From a virus (taxonomy: Duplodnaviria > Caudoviricetes): DNA of 64,000 nt. Both the position numbers and the translations under genes were made by a program. Of this stretch, positions 54,470-63,916 are shown piece after piece. Position 1 is the first letter of the stretch; each line of letters opens with the position of its first letter. Location of the stretch: IMG/VR virus record IMGVR_UViG_3300027833_000011; one strand, given 5' to 3'. Under the pieces are notes generated by a model, which saw only the letters and a program-made list of their open reading frames with translations, was not told where the DNA came from and searched no databases.

Positions 54470-55144
54470 ATGGATTATAGAGATATTAACGACTTTGGTC
54501 GTTTTGCTAAAGATAAGGGGATTTCAGGAATGAATCTTCACTACTTCAACCAAAAAGTAGAAAATTCAATGACACCTTACATTTTAGAGGAGAGAAGTCT
54601 TAACGTAACACAAATGGATGTGTTTTCAAGATTAATGATGGACAGAATCTTATGGGTTTCGGGACCTGTAAATGACCAAATGGCGTCTATTGTACAAGCA
54701 CAATTACTATTCTTAGATAACCTTGACGATAGAGATATTTCAATGTATATCGATTCACCAGGTGGTTCTGTTAAAGCGGGACTTTCAATGGTTGATGTTA
54801 TGGACTATGTGAATAGTGATATTGCTACCGTTAATGCAGGAATGGCGGCATCGATGGGTTCTGTACTGTTAGGTGCAGGAACCAAAGGTAAAAGGTCTTC
54901 ATTAAGATTCTCACAAACAATGTTACACCAATCATCAGGTGGTGCGGTAGGTAACATTCAAGATGCTGAGATTTCTATGATTGAATGGAGAAAAGTAAAC
55001 CAACAGTTATTTGAATTGTTAGGGGGTTACTGTGAAAAAGACGCAGAACAAGTTAAGAAAGATGCGACTCGTGATTTCTGGTTAAGTGCTGACGAAGCGA
55101 AAGACTACGGAATTATTGATGAAGTTATTCGTAAACGAAGATAA
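54470..55144 (+). CDS. clpP: ATP-dependent Clp protease proteolytic subunit
   Basis: DVFSRLMMDRI, IDSPGG, AASMG (catalytic Ser), MLHQ (His) and RDFWLSA.EA..YG.ID. Confidence 0.95.
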   Translation: MDYRDINDFGRFAKDKGISGMNLHYFNQKVENSMTPYILEERSLNVTQMDVFSRLMMDRILWVSGPVNDQMASIVQAQLLFLDNLDDRDISMYIDSPGGSVKAGLSMVDVMDYVNSDIATVNAGMAASMGSVLLGAGTKGKRSSLRFSQTMLHQSSGGAVGNIQDAEISMIEWRKVNQQLFELLGGYCEKDAEQVKKDATRDFWLSADEAKDYGIIDEVIRKRR

Positions 55145-55148
55145 AAGT

Positions 55149-55175
55149 AAAAAGGGACCTTAGGGTCCCTTTTTT
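55149..55175. terminator. Bidirectional terminator between convergent genes
   Basis: AAAAAGGGACC-TTAG-GGTCCCTTTTT with A run and T run flanks. Confidence 0.9.
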
Positions 55176-55198
55176 AGTATATATGTATGGTTGATTGG

Positions 55199-55696
55199 TT
55201 AGTATAGTTTGTCTCTAAAGAATACTGATTCCTCATCGGATAAGTAAGCCTCACCATTAGTTAATCTTTTTCTTTCGAACTCTAAGATACCCATAGCGAC
55301 TTTTTTATCATATTCTTTATCGTCTGTCATAGGTATTAATGCGTCGTAATATATAAGACCTGTAAAACGTCTTCTAGTTCCGTCTTTATATGAAAACAAT
55401 TCATCTACATCGTTTTCATCTAATTCAATTTGTCCAAATTCGCTTTCTTTGAAATGGTTTACTTGACTTAGTGGGTTTACTTCATCCTCATCTTCATCAT
55501 CATCTTGTTCTGATAAGTTAGGGTTATCGTAGTTTTTGACCTTATGGTCTTCACCGTGAGCTAAGTCTTTTTGTTCTCCATTTGCGTAATCACTAAACGG
55601 TTCAGACTCAACATGCGTTTCATCAATTTCAGAGTTAGTCATAGATTCAACTATACGTTTAAATTGTGATTCGTCTAATTTAATTTTTTTACTCAT
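55199..55696 (-). CDS. Acidic hypothetical protein, the only credible minus-strand gene
   Basis: Fills the gap between the terminator and a divergent promoter region; minus-strand TATTTAT at 55730..55736; starts with the IKLDESQFKRIVE helix. Confidence 0.75.
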   Translation of the reverse strand: MSKKIKLDESQFKRIVESMTNSEIDETHVESEPFSDYANGEQKDLAHGEDHKVKNYDNPNLSEQDDDEDEDEVNPLSQVNHFKESEFGQIELDENDVDELFSYKDGTRRRFTGLIYYDALIPMTDDKEYDKKVAMGILEFERKRLTNGEAYLSDEESVFFRDKLY

Positions 55697-55786
55697 TATA
55701 AAATGTTTTTAAGAATATGATTCTACTATATAAATATAAGAAAACCAAAACAAAGTTAATTTTTACCTATATAAATGTAAATAATG

Positions 55787-55818
55787 TTTGGATATAAGTG
55801 AATTAATTTTTACTTTTG
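55787..55818 (+). promoter_or_regulatory. Host-type early promoter upstream of the sigma-factor operon
   Basis: TTTG-N20-TACTTTTG. Confidence 0.8.
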
Positions 55819-55838
55819 TCTACTTATAAAATACATAT

Positions 55839-56420
55839 ATGAATAAAAGAAATAAGTCATACCTACTTTTCCTTTATGGGATTTGGATAGATGAGAAAGA
55901 TATTATACGTGCACTACAAGAGACACTAATAGTTGTAATTGACTCAGGGTATATGAAGTTTGTACACGGACCAGGTTCCGCTATTGTTTGTTTTAAGTCA
56001 CAAGAAAGTTTTGAGGATTTATCTGAGTTTATACAAGATTCTTTACCAAACTACGTTACTAATCACATATTCATTCCAAAACCAAGAAAATTATCACATA
56101 GATTTCCTGATGATATGGATAAACACTTATTTGATGTTGATACCAACACCAATGATTTAGTTGATAAGCAAAATGAAAAATATGAATCACCACCTGATAT
56201 CCCTATGAATATGGAGGACTTCGATAACCCAATTTTTGATGGTATTATAGGTAAAATAGATGAGATGTTTGAGGACTTTGTAACAGATGTAAAGAAAATT
56301 ACAAACAAATCAAATAATTTTAATATTGATGATATATTGGATAAGATTACAGAAAATGGCGTATCTTCGCTAACCAAAGAAGAAAAAGAATTTTTAGATA
56401 AACAAAACAACCAAAAATAA
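55839..56420 (+). CDS. Hypothetical protein with a DUF6576-like C-terminal motif
   Basis: IDDILDKITENGVSSLTKEEKEFL. Confidence 0.55.
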   Translation: MNKRNKSYLLFLYGIWIDEKDIIRALQETLIVVIDSGYMKFVHGPGSAIVCFKSQESFEDLSEFIQDSLPNYVTNHIFIPKPRKLSHRFPDDMDKHLFDVDTNTNDLVDKQNEKYESPPDIPMNMEDFDNPIFDGIIGKIDEMFEDFVTDVKKITNKSNNFNIDDILDKITENGVSSLTKEEKEFLDKQNNQK

Positions 56421-56423
56421 TAT

Positions 56424-57215
56424 ATGGCTAAATACACATCACACATCAACCAAGACGAGATATCACATTATCTTAAAGAGTTAAGAAAGATTCCTGTTAT
56501 CACACCTGCTAGAGAAAAGGAACTGTCTAAAATTATGTTAAATCCGAATGTAACCCAAAGAGAGACTGATAAGGTACATAAAGAATTGTTGGAGGGTAAC
56601 TTAAGATTTGTTATAACAGTGGCTAAAGACTACCAAGGTCAAGGTATTGATTTATCTGACTTGATATCTGAAGGTAATTTAGGTCTTATGAAGGCGATTA
56701 AGTCATTTGATTGGAGTAGAGGTTTAAGATTTATATCATACGCGGTATGGTGGGTTAAACAATCAATCTTCCAATGTCTAAATGAAAATTCAAGGACTAT
56801 TAGGTTACCTGTTAATGTTGTACAAGAAGTACAAAAGGCAAAAAAACAAGATAAACGTGTGGAGGATTTAAATCCACGTCTTAGTAATTTAGCACACGCA
56901 ATCACCTTCGATGACCATATTAATGAGGAGGGTGACACTATGTTCGATTTATTAGAAGATGTTGAAGCGGTAATGCCAGATTCAGCTTTGGACGGTAAAG
57001 ATATAGTTAAAAGACAACTCCTTACTATTATGGATGTCTTAGACGAACGTGAAAATGCTATAGTTAAAGATTACTTCGGAATCACTGGTACTCCAAGGAC
57101 TTTAGAAGACATTGGTAATGATTTCGGACTTACAAAAGAAAGGGTCAGACAAATTAAAGAAAAGGCGTTACGTAAGTTACGTAATGAGTCAGACGCAATA
57201 TTTGACTACTTATAA
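56424..57215 (+). CDS. rpoD: Phage-encoded sigma-70 factor, Bacteroidota primary-sigma (RpoD)-like
   Basis: NLRFVITVAK.YQGQG..L.DLISEGN.GL, FISYAVWW, RTIRLP.N and TLE.IG..FGLTKERVRQI; short, lacking region 1.1. Confidence 0.92.
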   Translation: MAKYTSHINQDEISHYLKELRKIPVITPAREKELSKIMLNPNVTQRETDKVHKELLEGNLRFVITVAKDYQGQGIDLSDLISEGNLGLMKAIKSFDWSRGLRFISYAVWWVKQSIFQCLNENSRTIRLPVNVVQEVQKAKKQDKRVEDLNPRLSNLAHAITFDDHINEEGDTMFDLLEDVEAVMPDSALDGKDIVKRQLLTIMDVLDERENAIVKDYFGITGTPRTLEDIGNDFGLTKERVRQIKEKALRKLRNESDAIFDYL

Positions 57216-57267
57216 AAGTTTGACTATTTATAGTGATATGTGTATTATTTAAAAATACTATGTCATT

Positions 57268-58791
57268 ATGAGAATACTTAGAGAACTACAGAAAAGAATA
57301 TTCCCAACGTTGATAGCACTTACGGCATTGTCTGTGAGTCTTTCAGCTGCCTTTTATTCGGTAACGGGATTGAGTAAATTATTTGCGGGAGCGTCATTTC
57401 AAGTTATGGTAATGGCGGGTTCATTAGAAGTCGCTAAATTGGTGATAGCTTCGTTGTTATACCAATATTGGGGACAGTTAAATAAAATATTAAGAACCTA
57501 TCTGTCAGTTGCGACTGTGATATTGGTGATAATTACATCGGTAGGTATATACGGATTCTTGTCTGCGGCGTACCAAGAAACTGCAACGAAAACAGGGATT
57601 GTAGACAAAGAAGTTGAGTTATTAGAACTTAGAAAAAATAGGTTTGCTGAGAGTAGAGATTACTACTACCAAGAAAAAAAGTCTTTAGATGAAGGGATAA
57701 ATCAATTAAGGAAAGGGTTATCTAATAACGTCATTCAATATAAAGATAAAGAAACAGGTCAGATTATAACCACAACATCATCTTCAAACCGAAGAGCGTT
57801 ACAAGAACAACTTAAGAGTGCTATAGAACAAAGAAGTCAAATTTCTATTAAGTTAGAACAGGCAACAGATTCTATAAATTCAATAGAGGTTAAATCATTG
57901 ACTGTAGAGACAGAGTCAGATTTGGCAGGTGAATTGGGTCCACTGAAATATTTGAGTGAATTGACAGATGTACCAATGAATAGGATTATCAATTACTTAT
58001 TATTGATTATTATATTTGTGTTTGACCCTCTAGCAATATCTTTAGTGATTGCTGCTAACTTTGCGTTTGATAAGATAAAACCTAAAAAGAAAGAGGTTGA
58101 CGATAATACGGAGGTTGGACCACAACCAATGATTTTAAACGAAGATGTTTTATCACACATAGAAAAAGTATTAGATAAAAAGGTTAGGGATGTCTCAGAC
58201 CTTAAAGAACCTGATTCTGAACAAGGGGTAATGGTTGATGAAGAAGAAATCGACGAAGACAATATGTACGATGAAGATTACTACCAATGGGAAAAAGAAT
58301 CTGTTGAAGAATTACATTTACGAGACATATCTGAAGATTTTGTAGAGGATATCATAATTGATAAATCCAACCAAGATGAGTTAATCAGGACAATGGCTAG
58401 TTTAGATAGTAGTGAAGTTTTACGTGAAATTAAGAAAGAGATTATGCCGGATAAAGATAATTCATGGGATAGTACACTACAAGACGGTTTAGAAGATGAA
58501 GAATGGGATGAAGACCATGCGTTAGACCAAGTAATGAATGATATGGTTAAAGATTTCACTGAGGAGGATATTCAAAAAATAATTGACACCAACGAGGAGG
58601 AGATTGAACCTAATGAAGATTTAAAATTAGCGGCTGAAAAATTTAAAGATATAGTGGTCAATGACCCTGAAGAAGTGGTTGTTGAAGACACGTTAAAAGA
58701 GGTAGAACCACCTGTTAGTAAAACTAATGTGTCACCATATTTAAGAGTAGGAAATAGGGTAATACCGAGAAACAAGAGATATGGAAAATAA
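57268..58791 (+). CDS. Multi-pass membrane protein with coiled coil and acidic tail
   Basis: Three N-terminal hydrophobic helices, a coiled coil, a fourth helix (LLLIIIFVFDPLAI) and a D/E-rich C-terminus. Confidence 0.65.
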   Translation: MRILRELQKRIFPTLIALTALSVSLSAAFYSVTGLSKLFAGASFQVMVMAGSLEVAKLVIASLLYQYWGQLNKILRTYLSVATVILVIITSVGIYGFLSAAYQETATKTGIVDKEVELLELRKNRFAESRDYYYQEKKSLDEGINQLRKGLSNNVIQYKDKETGQIITTTSSSNRRALQEQLKSAIEQRSQISIKLEQATDSINSIEVKSLTVETESDLAGELGPLKYLSELTDVPMNRIINYLLLIIIFVFDPLAISLVIAANFAFDKIKPKKKEVDDNTEVGPQPMILNEDVLSHIEKVLDKKVRDVSDLKEPDSEQGVMVDEEEIDEDNMYDEDYYQWEKESVEELHLRDISEDFVEDIIIDKSNQDELIRTMASLDSSEVLREIKKEIMPDKDNSWDSTLQDGLEDEEWDEDHALDQVMNDMVKDFTEEDIQKIIDTNEEEIEPNEDLKLAAEKFKDIVVNDPEEVVVEDTLKEVEPPVSKTNVSPYLRVGNRVIPRNKRYGK

Positions 58792-59374
58792 TCAAAAGCC
58801 GTTTCATATTAGAAGAAAACAGAATAAGACTCAAATAATGTTAACTCACACATCACGTGACTTAAAATTTTATTTGATGACTTTGAAGTATAGATATGGT
58901 GGTAATTTTGAAAGAATACCGTCTTATCTTATTAGTAAAGAAGGAGTGGTTACCAATATGTTCGAAGCTAAATATAGTTCAAATTACTTTGGAACGAGAA
59001 GAATTGATAACCGAGCGATTATAATTTCATTAGAAAATAATGGTTGGTTAAAAAAACATCACCTATCGGGTAAGTTTATGAACTGGGTTGGTGATATTTA
59101 TTTTAAGAAGCCTTTCGAAAAGAAATGGAGAGGTTTCGGGTTTTGGGATTCTTATACTGATGAACAGTATAAGTCATTATCGGACCTAATAACAAAATTA
59201 AGTGAAGAGTTTGATATACCTTTGGAGTATGTAGGACACAACACTAAGATAACGGGGGTACAAAATTTTAAAGGTATTACCTCAAGGTCGAACTATTCGG
59301 ATATACATACTGATGTGTCACCGGCATTTGATTTTAAAAAGTTAAAACAATATATAGATGAAAAACACGATTAA
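58781..59374 (+). CDS. Second N-acetylmuramoyl-L-alanine amidase (Amidase_2-like), no binding domain
   Basis: MLTHT, ISLEN, VGHN and DVSP supply H/E/H/D residues. Confidence 0.7.
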   Translation: MENNQKPFHIRRKQNKTQIMLTHTSRDLKFYLMTLKYRYGGNFERIPSYLISKEGVVTNMFEAKYSSNYFGTRRIDNRAIIISLENNGWLKKHHLSGKFMNWVGDIYFKKPFEKKWRGFGFWDSYTDEQYKSLSDLITKLSEEFDIPLEYVGHNTKITGVQNFKGITSRSNYSDIHTDVSPAFDFKKLKQYIDEKHD

Positions 59375-59879
59375 CGAATACGACCAAATTAAGACGTTAC
59401 TTAAACGTTCAAGGGCGTTAACAGAACAAATTGATAATAGACAAAGTATTGATGATACGTCATCAGAAGATACTAAACCTGAAGAAAAGAGAGAAGAGTT
59501 CACTGTTTCAGGTGGTAAGATTGTTGTACACGGTTACGAAACAGAAGATATGAAGGTTACTGATGAGGAAAAACAAAACTTTCAGGAGACAATGGATGAA
59601 TTTGTAGAACAGGTTTCTGATTTAGTTGATTATAACGCATTACATCTTTATCCGGATAATATTGAATGGTCAGGTAAGTTAGTTAAATTTGACTTAGAAT
59701 TCTTTTACACGTTAGGTGAAAACAACGGAGTATATCTAAACGGTCAAATGATTAAAATTGACGACGACTTTTTAGAGATGATTAGTAAGTTAAGAAACTA
59801 CTATAAAGTATTCTCAAGTAAGTGGGCTAAATTAGTAGCAGCAAGAAAGAAAACAGAGATAGATGACGATTCTTTATAA
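59358..59879 (+). CDS. Hypothetical protein
   Basis: Clean overlapping ORF. Confidence 0.7.
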   Translation: MKNTINEYDQIKTLLKRSRALTEQIDNRQSIDDTSSEDTKPEEKREEFTVSGGKIVVHGYETEDMKVTDEEKQNFQETMDEFVEQVSDLVDYNALHLYPDNIEWSGKLVKFDLEFFYTLGENNGVYLNGQMIKIDDDFLEMISKLRNYYKVFSSKWAKLVAARKKTEIDDDSL

Positions 59880-60759
59880 TATATTAGGTTATATAACTGA
59901 TGGTTTGGGGTTGATTAAAAAATACCCTAAATTTTTCTTAGGTGTTGCTATTGCGATTTTTGTAATGTTATTTTTCAAACAATGCGAAGATAATAGACAA
60001 CTTAAAAATAGTATTGAACAATTAGAGGTTAATATAGACAACGAGTCTAATAGAACCTTAAATAACATAAAGGCATTAAGGGACAGTGTAATAACTATCA
60101 ATGAGACTAATACCTATCTAAAAGGTGTTGTTAGAGTTAAGGATGGAGAGAACGAGATTTTATCAGAAAGGATAGGGAAACAAGTGGTTAAGATTAACAC
60201 TCTAAAAGAAAAGTTAGACGATAAAATTAAAATTAAGAATGTTTATGTTACTGATATCACTTCAGAAATTGAAACTAACGACGTATTAACTCAGGTTGAT
60301 AGAGACACTTTAGGGAATATTGGTATTGGAATAAAGGATAGTAACCAAGTGTATTCTATTGAAACACAAACGTGGTTTAAGTTGATTCCTGATTCTACGA
60401 GTATGAAATTAAAATTGGTGGATAAGTACGGTTTCGGAAAAAGTTCACTATTAAAACAAAACTTTAATTTCTCATTAACATTATCCCAATTAGAGTTACC
60501 AGACGGCAATACAAGGGTTCTTATAACCCCGTATGATACTTTTGGTAATGAGATACCAAAAAGTCTATTATCGATACCATACGTTGACGGTGTTGATTTT
60601 ATAGACATTGAGCCACAGTTAATACCTTCACCAATTAAGAAAAGAAAAAGGACAGGATTCGGTGTAATGATTGGACCTAGTTTTGGGTTAAATCAATTCG
60701 ATGGAGCCTTCAGACCGACATGGGGAATAGGAATAACTGTAGGTTATAAGATTTTCTAA
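59863..60759 (+). CDS. Membrane-anchored coiled-coil protein with a C-terminal beta-hairpin (spanin-like candidate)
   Basis: N-terminal TM followed by QC, coiled coil, and terminal GIGITVGYKIF. Confidence 0.5.
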   Translation: MTILYNILGYITDGLGLIKKYPKFFLGVAIAIFVMLFFKQCEDNRQLKNSIEQLEVNIDNESNRTLNNIKALRDSVITINETNTYLKGVVRVKDGENEILSERIGKQVVKINTLKEKLDDKIKIKNVYVTDITSEIETNDVLTQVDRDTLGNIGIGIKDSNQVYSIETQTWFKLIPDSTSMKLKLVDKYGFGKSSLLKQNFNFSLTLSQLELPDGNTRVLITPYDTFGNEIPKSLLSIPYVDGVDFIDIEPQLIPSPIKKRKRTGFGVMIGPSFGLNQFDGAFRPTWGIGITVGYKIF

Positions 60760-60771
60760 TATTTATTAGTA

Positions 60772-61020
60772 ATGGCACTAACAAAAACAGATACATTAAA
60801 GATAGAGAGAATGGTTCGTAAAGAGATGAAAGACTTTATGAGTAGCAGTCGAATAAAAAACCTTGTTATCAAATCCGTAGAGGAGGAGTTATCGAAAAAA
60901 GGGGTTGTAGATAAAAAGCAAGTGGTTGATATTTCCACTAAAGCATTGGTTGAGTTGTTTAGACAATTATGGATGAGAAGAAGTTTTTGGGAACAACCAG
61001 TAAAAAACATTAGACCGTAA
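60772..61020 (+). CDS. Small hypothetical protein
   Basis: Upstream TATTTAT; coupled to the next gene. Confidence 0.7.
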   Translation: MALTKTDTLKIERMVRKEMKDFMSSSRIKNLVIKSVEEELSKKGVVDKKQVVDISTKALVELFRQLWMRRSFWEQPVKNIRP

Positions 61021-62081
61021 TGGATATTAAAAAAGACATAAAAAGTGCGTTGACTACTCACATGAGTAAAGTAGGTCACATTAACCAATCAAAAGACTTA
61101 AGTAATTTAAGTAATATGATTTCTGAGAAAACCGTAAAATTCGGAAAGAAAGAGGTCTATGAGATATTAGATGAGGTTATGACCGTAGAAGGTGATATTG
61201 ACGAATTAAGGTTAAACCCTTTTGGTTCTAACATTAAAGACATTGAGAAAGCATCTGCTAGTTTTATCAAAGAATTATCTAAGAAACTACCTAAGTTAAA
61301 AGTTCAGGATTTACAAAGACTTAAAGTATTATTTGGTCAGGTAGAATCGGAATTGAGAAACGTTAAGAACCAAATCAATCTTGACGGTGTTGATGAACCA
61401 GAACCGTCTACAAAAGAAAAAATTATTAATAAGGTTAAAGGGATGATGTCAGAAATCACAGGAGCCGCTTCGGCAGGAGGATTTTTAGGTCCACTCTTTT
61501 CACCGATAGTAAAACAAAAAGGACCATCAAAACCAAATAAGAACAAAAAGTCTTATGAGGTTAAAGAAGATAAAGGTTTCTCAAAGTACTTAGAAACTGA
61601 TGAAAACCCTAATGGTGAAACTGACGGGTTAACTCCTGATGTTTTAAATAACATTATCTCTAAGATTGTAAAATCACATAATGGTGAAGAAGAGACCCCT
61701 AAAATGGACACAAAAGAGGCCACATTAGCGTCAAGTTCAGGGTCTTATGAGACACCATTCTTTTTGGCTAAGAATAATAAGAATTGGAGAGGAGCTGCTA
61801 AGACATTATATAAAGGTGGTAAATTTGTGAAGGTAAAGGATAAATGTAAGACATTCCCATATTGCAACCAAGGGGATATAAAGGCGTTAGAATTATTTGA
61901 AAACGGGAAGTATTCAACGTTAGCTGAAAAGGTTGCCGACAAAATGGGTGAAGACCCATTAAAAGTTAAATCGTTAGTATTGAACAACATTGAAGAATCA
62001 TTATTTCAGACAAGGATGAAAGAAAAGAATGAAAAGAATATTGAAAATTCAGAAAAAAACAATAAGATTAAGGATAAATAA
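61020..62081 (+). CDS. Hypothetical protein (putative head-associated)
   Basis: K/E-rich; C-terminal KCKTFPYCNQGDI module. Confidence 0.6.
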   Translation: MDIKKDIKSALTTHMSKVGHINQSKDLSNLSNMISEKTVKFGKKEVYEILDEVMTVEGDIDELRLNPFGSNIKDIEKASASFIKELSKKLPKLKVQDLQRLKVLFGQVESELRNVKNQINLDGVDEPEPSTKEKIINKVKGMMSEITGAASAGGFLGPLFSPIVKQKGPSKPNKNKKSYEVKEDKGFSKYLETDENPNGETDGLTPDVLNNIISKIVKSHNGEEETPKMDTKEATLASSSGSYETPFFLAKNNKNWRGAAKTLYKGGKFVKVKDKCKTFPYCNQGDIKALELFENGKYSTLAEKVADKMGEDPLKVKSLVLNNIEESLFQTRMKEKNEKNIENSEKNNKIKDK

Positions 62082-62116
62082 TACTATAAAGATATTTATA
62101 TTAAAAGACCATTAAG

Positions 62117-63004
62117 ATGAAACTAAATAAATTCAATAAAGAACTAGGTAATATTATCGAAAACGTCGTAAAAGACGAAGTTCTTAAAACATTAAATATA
62201 ACTGAAGAGGCTACGGTTTGTGAAAATTGTGGGTTAAATGAGACGGAATGTAAATGTCCCGTTAATGAAGAATCTGACGTAGATGAAGGAAATGCTTTTA
62301 CAGATGCTAGGAGTAAGGCAATTGAAGCGGGTGAAGACTCGTTTACTGTTGACGGAAAAGAGTATCCGATTAAAGGAGACAAGGAAAAAGTTAAGGAATC
62401 TACTAAGAAAGTACTAACATTAACAGAATCAGAACTTATATCTCTTATTGAGAAGTTAGTTTCAGAACAATCAGTACCTGGAATTGATGAATACAAAAAG
62501 GCTCATAAAGAATCAGGTAAATTTAATAAAGATAATGACGAGATTGTCTCTAAAAAAATGTCTGAATATACAGATGTTGAAGGAGGAGAGAAAAACGAAT
62601 TTCCAAATCAAAATGGTGGTGAAGTAAAAGCCGATAGAGTTGAAGATGACGAAGAAATTGAGTTCATTGAAGATATGAAAGGTGGTATGACCGCTTTAGA
62701 GTATGACAGAACAAACGATGAATTTGAAGAAAAAGTAGAGAAACAACTTAAGGGAGATTCAACTCAAGGGAACGCTCAGGTTGATGAGGACAACGAACCA
62801 TTAGGTAACGTAGTTCCAACAGAGACAGGTGAGAAGTTCGACAAGGCTCGTAAAAGACAAGGTCTTAACAAAGAAAAGAAAAAGGGTTATAATACATTTC
62901 CACAGAAAGTTGAGCAGGTTAAAGAGTCGTTGATAAACGATAAAGTATTATCAGATATGGATAAGATGAGACATCTTGTTCTATATACGAAAAAGACTCA
63001 ATAA
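62117..63004 (+). CDS. Acidic hypothetical protein (putative inner head protein)
   Basis: E-rich, LTLTESELISLIE helix, upstream TATTTAT. Confidence 0.6.
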   Translation: MKLNKFNKELGNIIENVVKDEVLKTLNITEEATVCENCGLNETECKCPVNEESDVDEGNAFTDARSKAIEAGEDSFTVDGKEYPIKGDKEKVKESTKKVLTLTESELISLIEKLVSEQSVPGIDEYKKAHKESGKFNKDNDEIVSKKMSEYTDVEGGEKNEFPNQNGGEVKADRVEDDEEIEFIEDMKGGMTALEYDRTNDEFEEKVEKQLKGDSTQGNAQVDEDNEPLGNVVPTETGEKFDKARKRQGLNKEKKKGYNTFPQKVEQVKESLINDKVLSDMDKMRHLVLYTKKTQ

Positions 63005-63041
63005 GACTTGATATAACTTAAGTTTTTGGTATTCTTATTGT

Positions 63042-63512
63042 ATGAGTGATAATCAAAACTTTATAGTTACAGAGTTTTATCAATACCTAACCCAAGAGAT
63101 GAACGAAAATCAAATAGAGGTATGGTTAAAGGCTAATAACATAATCCCCGAATATTCTGAACTATTCTACGATTTTGTAATGTCTTTGTATACTCTCGTA
63201 GAAATCACATACTTAGGAGACGATGTGGTGTCTGATGTCGATGACAAACAGGGACACTTCAATTGGTGCTTTAACAAAGTCATTGATGACTTTGAGAAAG
63301 AAGGTATTGTGTTTTCACCTAAAGGTCAGCACTATGATTATTTTTGGTCTTTCTTTAAAGACGCATTTTACTATGAAGAGACTAGAGAGACTGTAGAGAA
63401 TATTGAGATATTCTTTAAAAATTTATTCAACCTAAAAGGTAAAAAGACTAAGAGTGAGTTAGATATGTATACTGATTTATACAAAATATTAGAAAACGCA
63501 TTAAAGTCTTGA
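63042..63512 (+). CDS. Hypothetical protein
   Basis: Clean ORF; no family recognised. Confidence 0.7.
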   Translation: MSDNQNFIVTEFYQYLTQEMNENQIEVWLKANNIIPEYSELFYDFVMSLYTLVEITYLGDDVVSDVDDKQGHFNWCFNKVIDDFEKEGIVFSPKGQHYDYFWSFFKDAFYYEETRETVENIEIFFKNLFNLKGKKTKSELDMYTDLYKILENALKS

Positions 63513-63539
63513 CATAACATAAAAAAGTGATTAACTTTT
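63508..63539 (+). promoter_or_regulatory. Bacteroidota-type promoter variant
   Basis: CTTG-N20-TAACTTTT. Confidence 0.45.
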
Positions 63540-63560
63540 ACATAAATAAAAACAATTGTA

Positions 63561-63734
63561 ATGGATACATTAACAAAGATTAAAGAATTAACTGAGGTAT
63601 TATCTTACGATTCTCAGAAAGCGATTGAGAAAGGTAATAAAAGTGCTGCTACAAGAGCTAGAAAAACGGCACAAGAGATAAAAAATCTTTTACAGGATTT
63701 GAGAAAAGAGGTTTTAGACGCAACAAAAAAATAA
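63561..63734 (+). CDS. Histone H1-like Hc1-family small DNA-binding protein (57 aa, not in the ORF track)
   Basis: Translated by hand: MDTLTKIKEL...EKGNKSAATRARKTAQEIKNLLQDLRKE; GNKxAxTRARK is the Hc1-family motif. Confidence 0.8.
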   Translation: MDTLTKIKELTEVLSYDSQKAIEKGNKSAATRARKTAQEIKNLLQDLRKEVLDATKK

Positions 63735-63735
63735 G

Positions 63736-63915
63736 ATGATACATAAAATTGAATTATTCCTTTTTATCCTTTCAGTGTTCTATAATACTACATTAGTATT
63801 TAAGATGGTTAGAAATGTTCTTAGAACACCTCCACAACCGTTAAACTTAGAATGGAAAGATATGTTACTTTGGGGTATTTCATTATCATATATTATAACC
63901 TATATTTTAACATAA
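63736..63915 (+). CDS. Small membrane protein (59 aa, not in the ORF track)
   Basis: Hand translation gives two hydrophobic segments; 1 nt after the Hc1 stop. Confidence 0.6.
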   Translation: MIHKIELFLFILSVFYNTTLVFKMVRNVLRTPPQPLNLEWKDMLLWGISLSYIITYILT

Positions 63916-63916
63916 C

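Noticed and set aside
60756-62496. Long minus-strand ORFs opposite real genes (for example 60756..61088, 62101..62496, 44826..45293)
   Set aside because: They fully overlap better-supported plus-strand genes and read as antisense of K/E-rich codons.
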